From NCBI GenBank assembly GCA_964016885.1, contig OZ024746.1:48112001-48176000 (forward strand): a DNA stretch of 64,000 bases. Direction: 5' to 3'. Below the pieces are notes generated by a model, which saw only the letters and a program-made list of their open reading frames with translations, was not told the origin of the DNA and made no database searches. Of this stretch, positions 53,384-64,000 are shown one piece after another. Both the position numbers and the translations under genes were made by a program. Every line of letters starts with the position of its first letter. Within the stretch, counting starts at the first letter, position 1. This stretch comes from Eledone cirrhosa (taxonomy: Eukaryota).

Positions 53384-55014
53384 CCAGAGGCACAATTCTT
53401 CCCCCATAATACCTATATATGTATATTTGGCAAAGTTCTAATTTGAAATTATATGCTGAAATAATTGTATTTTGGAAGAGTCACATATCTGCCAACAATA
53501 ATTACAGACGCTGATTATTTATTATTCATTTCTTTATCACTTAATAATTTGATTGATAATGCAAAAATCTTCCATAACACTCCTTTTGAACTCTGTGTAA
53601 TCTGTACTACAAAAGTATACTTTGTAATTATTACCTTAATTTTGTGTCAAACTGGAGGTCATTTCAACCAAATACATCATTCCCACACAATACAACCTTC
53701 ATAGCATACAACCAGTCATGCATATCATAAAATTTACCTCACACTTCTTTCTGTACTGACCTATGATCCTGAAATTCAATTTGTATCTTTGTACCTTTTC
53801 TAAAAGGCTACAGCCTAACTTACATTGGAAGCCATAGCAAAGGTTTATTCAAAATTACAATGATCTTCCTTGAATTTCCTATAGTTGCTATTTTTTTTTA
53901 TAGATTTGGGTTTTGCAAGAGAAACATAGGCATTGGGTAGGCATGAGAGGGAGTAAGTGATATATGATATGCTATATGATTACTTATATATAAAGAGATA
54001 AGAAAAATAGAGGAGGATCTTATGACAGAAATTACATAGCAGAATATATAATGATATTGGGAAAGAGAGAGAAAATTGTATGAACTGTAAATATTACCTA
54101 CATATTATTTCTCCTCTTTTTGCATCAAACTTTGTTTTCCATCACTGGCAATGTTCATATACTGAGCAATTTAAGCAAGAAAGACGTGCTGGGGAGTGTG
54201 GATGTGTAACTTGTCATAAACATGCATATAAGTGTGTGTGTGTGTATGTAGCTTTTCTTAGAGTTAAATTATCCGTCAGCTGAGGATAATATCAGTTTAA
54301 AAACCTTCAAAAATTGCCTAACATGTTATTAAAAGTTGGAACTAAGCGTTGAGAGAAAAAGAAAATAATTAACTTTGCGAAAGTTATATGATAGTTAATG
54401 CTACAGATATCCTCCAGTTTAATGAATGCTTATGCAAATAGTCTTTAATTAAACTCGTCATAACTTGAAAAAAAAAAAAAAATGCATTTCAGTGATTGAC
54501 AAAAGAAAGATGTTAAACATATTTAACGATCTAATGGCTGAAGTCTATAATTAATAGAAAAAACAATAACAACAACAACAAAATTGAATATATGTTCTGC
54601 ATCTTGCATGATAGGAATTTAACTTCTCCATAAATCAATCAAGCATTAAATAAACATGAAAAATATATATTATTGAACAACATCTATCTCTCTCTCTCTC
54701 TCTTTATATATATATATATATATATATATTTCTATTTGTTTTTTTCCCCTTTGCACATAACATAATTCCGTTAATTAGGAATATTGTTAAAAACAACCGG
54801 TTAGCAAAATTATATATCAGGAGTTAACATGTTAGCAAAGTAATTCTAAAGAATTTCAAAAATTGCTCATTAGCCTTCAGAATTATTCTATAAATGATGA
54901 TGATGAAGTTAACAATGATAAAGTTGATAACGTTGATAAATAACAATGATGAACGTTAGGAAAATAATTGTTTCTACTTTTGGCACAAGGCCAGCAATTA
55001 CCCAGTGTATAGGA

Positions 55015-55305
55015 TAATAATGATAGTGCTGATGTGATGATCATTATGATGCTGATAATTGTGATGATGAAAATCATTACGATGCTGATAATTGTGATGA
55101 TGATGAAGATCGTTATGATGCTGTTAGTTGGGATGATGATGAAGATAATTATGATGCTGATAGTTGTGATGATGAAGGTCATTATGATGCTGATAGTGAT
55201 GATGATCATCATCATTGTAATGGTGATACTAACGATGATGATTAAAATCATTATAACTGTGATAATAGTGATGATAACTGTGAAAGTAATGAGGATGACG
55301 ATAAT
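55015..55305. repeat. Degenerate (ATG)n low-complexity repeat
   Basis: Directly visible; gives spurious Ile/Met-rich ORFs. Confidence 0.9.
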
Positions 55306-55537
55306 AAAAATATTTGTTTTCTTTTCGTAATTTCTAATTTTTCTTTTCATTATAATAGACTAATTGCAGATAGCTGAAGATAAAATTCTTCAATTTGATA
55401 AAGAATACAATTTCCTTTGTTTGTGTTGTTATATCATTCAATGACTAAATAGTAACAACGGAAGATGAAATGGGGGTTAATTTTAATAGGACTGACTTTA
55501 TCAAATATTAGTACCCTTTTACTACTTACATATATAT

Positions 55538-55750
55538 CATCATCATCATCATCATCATTTAACATCCATTTTCCATGCTAGCATGGGTTAGACGGGTTTG
55601 TCCCATTAGAGGCAAGTTGGGTTAGGTGATACAGGATTGCTCATACAGGACTGTTTCTGGCTCAATTTCTATGGCTGGATGCCCTTCCTAATGCCAACCA
55701 CATTTACAGTGTGTGCTGGGTGTTTTTTATCATAACACCTACACAACTGT
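55538..55750 (-). mobile_element. RTE 3' UTR relic
   Basis: (CAT)n, ccatgctagcatgggttagacggg and ggctggatgcccttcctaa. Confidence 0.8.
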
Positions 55751-56381
55751 GTGTGTGCATACGCACGTGTGTGTGTGTGCGCGTGCGTGCGTGCGTACGC
55801 ACGTGTGGGTGTGTGCGGCAGGTTTCCTATAAAGTTTCTGTATACTAAATTTCACACACAAGGCACTGGACTACACTTGTATTAGGCTGCAGATAGCTAT
55901 CATTTGGTAAAGAAATATTTGTTACTGTCCCAGAAGGGAGTAGAACATATGATTAATGAAAGGTGCAACTTCAAGAGTATCATATGATGTATTCTTTGGC
56001 TCACAGAAATCCAATGGCAAGTTTATTTGAAATAGTTAGCTGTCTGATTACAAAGGTGTACAAAAGTGATTTGTTTTTTTATTTTTTGGAAGTGAGGGAG
56101 GTATGTCAAGAGAGAGAGAGGAAGAGATACACAGATAGAGAGTATATCTAAGAAAAAGATGAAGATAGCACATGAAAAACTATAGGAATTCTTTTTCACA
56201 TAAAGTGAAGCAAAATATATTGTCTATTTAACATTTGAACAGGTGGAAACAAAACCATTTCAAAATGTTTCAATGCAGTTTATAAGCCAAATAATGTCCA
56301 AACAAAACATGTGAAGAGATTTTAGGATGAATAAATGAAGATTTATCGTATCATTATTCATCATTATTTCAATGACAGTGG

Positions 56382-56562
56382 TGGATTGACAGTATCGGTA
56401 GAGGGTCGGACGCCATGCTTTGACGCATAGAGTTACGGCCCTTGCCATTCTGAGTTCAAATCCCGCCGAGGTTAACTTTGCCTTTCATCCTTACGGGGTC
56501 GATAAAATAAAGTACCAGTAATGTACTGGGTAATTTCTGGCCTTGTGCCAATAGTAGAAACA
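56382..56562 (+). mobile_element. tRNA-derived SINE with target-site duplication
   Basis: Box A/B and body as at 36.3 kb; flanked by attatttcaatgacagtgg at 56363-56381 and 56563-56581. Confidence 0.88.
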
Positions 56563-56576
56563 ATTATTTCAATGAC

Positions 56577-56792
56577 AGTGGATTGGCAGTACTCATAGAG
56601 CATCGGACAACATGCTTTGCAGCATAGAGTTACAGTCCTTTATGTTCTGTGTTCAAATCATGCTGGGGTTAGCTTTGCCTTTCATCTTTATGGGGTCAAT
56701 AAAATACAGTACCAGTCATGCACTGGGTTCAATTTAATTGACTTTCCCCTCCCCCAAAAATTGCTGGCTTTGTGTCTATAGTAGGAATCATT
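56577..56792 (+). mobile_element. Older related tRNA-derived SINE
   Basis: Diverged box A/B and ctttgcctttcatc..ggggtcaataaaatacagtaccag body. Confidence 0.8.
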
Positions 56793-57094
56793 ATTCCAAT
56801 GGGTAAACAACCAGTTTGGATATAGCTCCAGTTTGAATTCTGTTTGGAAATAGGCATTACTTTTATTTCACATCTATCATCATCCTTGCCAATGATTTTA
56901 ATAGTTAAGTTTGTAAACACCATGTTGTGTACATAACTGCATATGAAAAAAGAAAATTTCAAAACTCTTTAAGCTCTGCTATGTAAAACAGACTATTTTG
57001 AAACACAAATTCCAAACAATGAGTCACTTGGCACTCAGGCAGACAAGAGGGCTAGATTGTTTTTATTTTTTTTATTTACTTCAAAAAACTAGCA

Positions 57095-57264
57095 CATCAT
57101 CATCATCATCATCATCAGGTTTAGCGTCCGTGTTCCACGCTTGCATGGGTTTGGACGGGGGTTTTCCCACTTGAGGCAAGAGTGGTTGTCTTGCTCGCAT
57201 AGGACTGTCTGGCGGGTTTTCTACAGTTGGATGCCCTTCCTAACACCAACCACATTTACAGTGT
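57095..57264 (-). mobile_element. Very short RTE family A 3' end
   Basis: Matches 27572-27738 including the (CAT)n tail. Confidence 0.9.
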
Positions 57265-59833
57265 CATGAATTTCATAGAAGCAAAAGACACAAGAGAAAC
57301 TTCAAAATAGAACTAACCTATGTTAGGAAGAGGAGTTAGAAAATGATATCTAAAAAAACTGCTGGACATCATGTAATCTACCAAATATTTCTGTGAATGA
57401 AGTAGAATCCTACCCAGGCAACAGGTAAGACATACAATGGTGGAATATTACAGTGGATAAAACTCTGTTGGGACTTTTATATAATATTCATATATTTTTA
57501 TTTCTTTAGAAATATTAACATGGTTCTAAAAATAGAAATATTTGCATAGATTGGCTGTTTGAAGAATTATCTAAAGCAATAAAGTAACAAATGTGAAAGA
57601 GTTTGAGAGAGAGAGGTTGTTGGCAGACCTGTTCTCTTGCAGAACAGGACACAAATGGCAGGTAATGATACGGCCAGTAGATATAATGGTTAGTTGTGAT
57701 ATATGTGGGCTCTTGCCGGACAAATAAGCAACCCTGGTACAAACAGCAGTAAATTACTAGATGAGATTGAAGAAAGGGAGACACTGCTATCTCTCAAGAA
57801 GTAGAAGTTGAGAGAGAGAGAGAGGGGGGAGAGGGGGATAGATAGAGAGAGCTAAATAAATAGAATGAGAGATAGATACATATAGACAAAATATATATAA
57901 TAATCAATAATCATCATCATCATTTAATGTCTATATTTTCCACACTTGCATGAATGTGCATGTGTATACATTAAATAAATAAATAAAAAACTTTTGGAAA
58001 ATACAATATAAATAGTTTGTTAGCCAAGTTCTAACACATGGGTCTACATAACCATGGAGATTAAAGTGTTACAAAAGCAAGACTGTTTTTATAAACTTTG
58101 ATAATGTGGTGGGGATGGTGTAGAATATCATTCTTCAATGCTAAGAGAGGAATAAGTGTTCCAAAGAATGATAATTAGATAACAGATTTAGTAATGTTAA
58201 AGCACCTTTGTTGGCAAAGCAACCAATGCAACAACAGCAGTAACAGAAAAAGCTGTCACTATTTTTATGATGTGAAGGGGAATTTAGACTGAAATCTGAC
58301 CATCCACTTAGGTCTCGAGTACTTGGCAGTGCATGGACAATGAAAAAAAAAAAAAAAAAAGTATTTAGGCTGTGAAAAAAAGAAAAAGACCAAAATTTTC
58401 TTATGAAGAACACTGTTTGCTATTAATTTTATTGAAGAATAGTTGAACCAAATGTGTAACCTATTTGTTTCAAAATTGTTATTTTCGTAGAAATCTACCT
58501 ACATGTACCAAATATTTCACAATAGAGAATATGAAACGTGATTTTAAAGGATGCTGATTATATTTTGGTACACATCAAGACAGATGTGCAGAAAACAAGT
58601 TGAGAGTACCTATCTACTTGCGATTTCCCTCACAAGGCAAAGAGGATATTAAATCCTACACCCTACCCATAACTCAAAGCTAAAACGAGTTACTGTACTG
58701 CTGGTGCTTCTATATAGCACAGTTGTTTGGTAGAAGGCCAACTCCTTGAAATAGTGCTACACATTTCTAATAATAACTTTTGTGATTACTTATACTCTGA
58801 AAAATTTCTTATAATTAGTCCGAGTGAGGAAGATATCTCCAATATTTATTTTCTTTTCACTTCACCAACTAATTATATTTTAGGTGAAAAATTTAAATAA
58901 AGAAACCATTAAAATGAACAAGGGATTTACTTCAATACAGGGCTAGATATAAACAGCATTATACATAAAGTAGGATATAGAGAAGTTATCCATTAAGCTA
59001 GTACAGTCTATATTTATATACAGATGTCACCATCATCATTTAATATCCATCACTCCTGCTAGCAAGGGTTAGACAGGCAGCCACAGAACAAGACAGTAAT
59101 ACATATATATATCATATAGTATGATGTTTCCTTGAGTAAGACACTTTATTTTACCCTACACCAGTTCCCAAACAACCTTGCCTGGGCTTGTGCTTTGAAG
59201 AGGAACTATCTATGTACAAATTACATGGGTGTTCTTCAACATAGGGAGTCTTTACCCATTATATATATTTAAGGTTATTATTATTGTTATTATAATCAGT
59301 TGCAAGTGTGGCTGTGTACATGAGAAGTTTATGATACCAGATCTGATACCACTGCATGGCACCTTAGAGAAGTGCTTTCTATTGTAGTCTTGAGTTGACC
59401 AATACTTCATGAGTGGAATTTATTAGATAGAAACATGCATGTAAGTGTGTATATATATCTATACTATATCCTGTCTCATCATTGTCAATATGAATCAATA
59501 TGTAATTATCACAATTTTCTATGAAATGTATAAACATATCGGTCTTTTATATCAGATAATATAATATAAAATTGACAAGTATAACTGGTCCATATGGTTA
59601 GGGAGCCTAACTCAAGTAGAATTAGGTTGATATCAAATGGATTAGAAATCTCATTAAAGCACTTTAATTTACCTCAAACATAGATAAACATATGCAACTG
59701 AACTGATAGCACGATAAAAAGGTTTCAATCAGAGATGAAACACATGTTACCTCTCACTGGAAATATCTACAAATTGATCTCTTCATCAGCTAAAGTTTAA
59801 TGCAAGATCACTTCTATATTCAACCATTATTAA

Positions 59834-60054
59834 CCCTTTAGCATTTACATTACTTTATATATACTATTGTATTTTTATGGCAAAGGCTTTATCTTACATA
59901 ATTATCTCACATAATATCGAATCTATGAGCTTTTGATGTCATTTATTTTGAGAACAATACCTTAACATAAGTATGAGTAGCCAGTTACTGGTGGTTTGGA
60001 CAGAAAGAGGTGAAAAACTCCTGGCCGAATATGACCGGTTTAAATGCTAAAGGG
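59834..60054. mobile_element. piggyBac-type MITE
   Basis: TTAA|CCCTTTAGCATTTA...TAAATGCTAAAGGG|TTAA (14-bp perfect TIR, TTAA TSD). Confidence 0.88.
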
Positions 60055-60976
60055 TTAAAGGGTTAATGTTGAGTCAATAAGGCAGCATATATGCAGTTGT
60101 TCAATCTGCTAAAATTAGCAGCCAAATCTCCTTCAAATGACACCCTGCCATATTTTGTAGGGTAACATAACATTTCACACACTGAACGCATTGTAAAATG
60201 CTTAATATGTTTATATAGCGAAAAATATTTCTAAATTTCTATGCATGGAGAAAACAAATGGAATAATATAAAACCACAAACTGATCTTTTATATAATTCA
60301 AAGTGACAAGTGAAACTAATGAGATTTGGGGAAGACTACTCAACATGGAAAAGAAAGTTTTTCAAATGAAAGTTGTGTACAAAGAAATATTAAGAAACCT
60401 GACTGGAGTTTTAAGTTCTTTGTATGGTAAGCAAATTTGTAAGGTTTCATTGAAGAACAAACATATGCTTATTTTAATTTTTATTGTTATATTGCATTTA
60501 TTTATTTATTTATTTAGATGAAAATAAACATTCCACAGAATTTGTTTAAGTTCTAGCAGGTGATTTGACAACTAAGCAAATTACATTTGCTAGTGTTCGT
60601 TCCGCTGACACCATAGTATAAGAAATATTCAAGTAGTGTAAAAGATATGATCTATTTTACAAGTGACACACTCTAAGATCTATCAATACAATTTACTCGG
60701 TAGATATCATACCTTAAAAGCATCTAACATCATCGACAACAATGTAATTTAAGAATGAAATATAACTACTTCACATTGTTCTAAATAGAACAGATGTTAG
60801 GAGCACATTTTAATAGATTTTACATCTAGGTTGTTGTATTCATTGCCTTTTTCAATCTCAGCTTTTGCTCTGTGACAAGAGTTTCCTACTGCCATAAAAC
60901 CTAATCTGAAAGCACATAAGGTTTGTGCCTCAATCTGATAAATTACTAACAAGGTACATCCTCAACTAATACACAT

Positions 60977-61160
60977 TGATTGGCAGTATCGGTAGAGGAT
61001 CGGACGCCATGATTTGCAGCAAAGAGTTACAGGCCTTTATTATTTGAGTTCAAATCCCGCTGAGGTTAACTTTGCCTTTCATCCTTACGGGGTCGATAAA
61101 ATAAAGTACCAGTAATACACTGGATAATTGCTGGCCTTGTGCCAAAAGTAGAAACAATTA
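60977..61160 (+). mobile_element. tRNA-derived SINE
   Basis: Same family as 36.3 and 56.4 kb. Confidence 0.88.
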
Positions 61161-62801
61161 TAAACAGAAGGATATTAACTATAGAAATTAAACATCACAG
61201 TAAAGCTTGTTAATTGTGCTAAAACTATGAATATTAAAACACTGGTGCTGACTTCTTTTAGGGCATAAAACATACTTGTATTATAGATGAGAAACAAAGT
61301 AACTTGAGAATAAATCTGATAGCAAGCCAAATGCTAAGTACACTTAGCTAATAAAAGTAATACACATAAGATGAATTTGTTAAATAACAACACTGGAATA
61401 CATTTTTAATGATGTATTCTATATTAACAACAACATATTTATGAGGAATATGAATAATCAAAAACTAAGTAAGATCAGAACCACTATATGTAATTTTCCC
61501 CGATACAAATTCCAAAGCTTTGTACCAGTATCTTATGCTCTATCTACATTTACAGCTTCATACCTAACCCCCAAAAGCCTTCTATTCAATCCATAGAATT
61601 AAGCTGATAATTATCAAGCCCTCACTACCTTCTACTTCATATTTGCTTTTCAATACAAAAATGCTCAAAATAGATTTGCCGCGTCTTATCAGAAACAATC
61701 AATAAATGAATACTTGGTGTTTGAAACTAAATTAAAAAAAAAAAAATCTATAATATTCTACTGCCATAAAACACGAGTTTACCACTGAAAGCATTCTTCA
61801 ATCATATCAATATATATTTATTTCTCATGAGGCCAACAGCATAGGTTTGGTGCTATATAAGATAAATATAGGAACTTAACTATCATACTAATCAATCAGA
61901 AACATACTGTACCATGAAAGATTAAAACAACAATCCAGTTTTGGAAGTCTGTATCACACCAATTATTATTCACCAACACAGTATTATTTATGAATTTGAC
62001 TTATCATCATCATTATCATCATCATTTGACAAGGGTTGGACTATTACAGTTTATTGTTTTTCCTAATTTATTTAGACAACCTCATCAGAAAAAACTCCCA
62101 AAATCTGCTCAAAGTTGAACCAAACATTTTTTTCTTGCATAGAAGAAAGATTTCATGTTAAACATTAATTAATCTAAATTGATGAAGACCTAAAAGGATA
62201 CCAGGTAATGAATGACAAACCCAACATCAGTTAAAAGGCCTAATATTCTATTATTTGAAATGTCTCTCATCTAAGAAATTCAGAGTTCAGGCATGGTGGT
62301 GGGAGGCTATGAGAAGTTTACTATATGAGACAGTGGGTTTCAATGTGCCAGGCAGTGGAATACTATGCCTAAACTATATGCACACATACATATATATATA
62401 AATACACACACGCATGTATGTATGCAGGCACATGCACAAATATGTACCTATACACATGTTTGCACACATACACATGTATGTGTGCACACATACACACATG
62501 ATTTGTGAAACAACATTTAACAATCTGACATCACCAACTATTAAATCATAAAGTGAAAGAAAAGTAAACAAAAATCTTTCTCAAGAAATGTTTTGATAAC
62601 AAGTTTGAATAGAAATTAACATTAAGAAAAATGAAAGTATTAGGAAAAATGCACAACAAACATCTTTGTCACCATATTTTATGAGCTACACCAAATATGC
62701 TTGTGTTTTAATTTATTTTAAGAAAAAGCAAAAATCAACTTAAATTGTTTAGAATGTAAACTGACTGAAACAAACATGAAAGATCAAATTTGTTCCTTTA
62801 A

Positions 62802-63007
62802 CCCTTTAGCATTTACATTACTCTATATTTACTATTGTATTTTTGTAGTAAAAGCTTTATTTTACATAATTATTTCACATAATATCGAATCTACAAGATT
62901 TTGATAACAATACTTGAACATCAGTATGAGCAGTTGGTTATGACCAGTTTAAACAGAAAGAGGTGAGAGAATTCTGGCCGGATACGGTTGGTTTAAATGC
63001 TAAAGGG
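62802..63007. mobile_element. piggyBac-type MITE
   Basis: Same TIRs and TTAA flanks as 59834-60054. Confidence 0.88.
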
Positions 63008-63789
63008 TTAAATACGAGTACATTAAAATGAGATATCTTGTATCATAGAACCAGAAGCAGACTTATGTGAGTTAATATTGAAAGGATTAAATTGGCAACT
63101 GATGCATGCTACATTCATGTGTAGATAACCACCACCACACCCCCATCCCTAAGACAAATCCCAAAAGTGAAATGAAGTTATTCCCCTTATCTACAAGCTA
63201 TTAACCCCCCCCCCCCCCCTCAACACATGCATTCAACTTATCTGATCACAATGTTTACATGCTATGTTATTAGATTTACTGGTAATGGATTATGTTAGGA
63301 ACTTTATACTTTATTATTTCCAAATATCTTTCAAAGAATTATAGAGGGAGGGGACTATAACCACTGCTTTAATGATGTAACATTTTGGACAATGCCAACA
63401 TTTCAGGATTAAAAATGAGAACTGTTTGATTGATAATATTTAATACCAGTCTACAATGCTTGATAGAACCACCAGTGATCACAAGATTTTCCCTGATATG
63501 AAGTGAATAAAATATAAAATAAGATTCTAATTTGAGGCCAACTAACTTACCTAATGTAGCAGGTGAAGTGACTAAGAGAGAGTATTATGCAGATATATTC
63601 AGACAAGTGTCCTTATCTTTGTTATAGTCACAACATTTCAGGTACTATATCCTACCACCTACTTTAAAAGTTTGTCAAGCTGGTAATATTCTAAGTTCAA
63701 ACTGAAAATTTTAATCCCCATGAAATGTTTGTTTCTGTTCCATTGTTTAAGTGTTCTGCTGGAGTTTACATGATAAACATGGGCCAGTT

Positions 63790-63840
<51 letters not shown>

Positions 63841-64000
63841 ATGGTGCATGCGTTTATTTTTATTGGCAATACTGGCAACATGACCATCCCCAAATATAAC
63901 ATAGTAAAGTGGACATTAAAATGACAATGGTTGGTGTGTGTGTGTGTGTGTGTGTATGTGTGTATGTGTGTATGTGTGTATGTGTGTATGTGGTGGGTGG

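Noticed and set aside
54883-55350. Hydrophobic Ile/Met-rich ORFs resembling membrane proteins
   Set aside because: Degenerate (ATG)n repeat.
56382-56470. tRNA gene
   Set aside because: Box A/B continue into a repeated SINE body; no full cloverleaf.

Overview
AT-rich animal genomic DNA, most likely an octopus (inferred from the SINE families and the host exon). It is almost entirely intron of a minus-strand Na+/Ca2+ exchanger gene (NCX/SLC8 family). One clear 101-bp coding exon lies at 47101-47201 (CBD2/Calx-beta, 'DDEEYEKNETFF'), with a candidate 12-nt microexon beside it. Positions 1-34 kb are a nested pile of retroelements inserted into (TA)n/(TACA)n microsatellites: many RTE-clade LINE copies with a PHD-like finger inside the RT, a decayed CR1/L2/Jockey-group LINE, and several Penelope-like element (PLE) remnants with inverted or tandem pseudo-LTRs. 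Reading the PLE tails by eye gave several minimal type I hammerhead ribozyme motifs, one family showing covariation, and an HDV-like ribozyme candidate heads a solo RTE-type 5' UTR. The right half holds further RTE copies, an internally deleted Tc1/mariner-superfamily element, piggyBac-type MITEs and tRNA-derived SINEs. The long Ile/Tyr-rich ORFs are microsatellite artefacts. All family assignments come from motif recognition; no database search was run.
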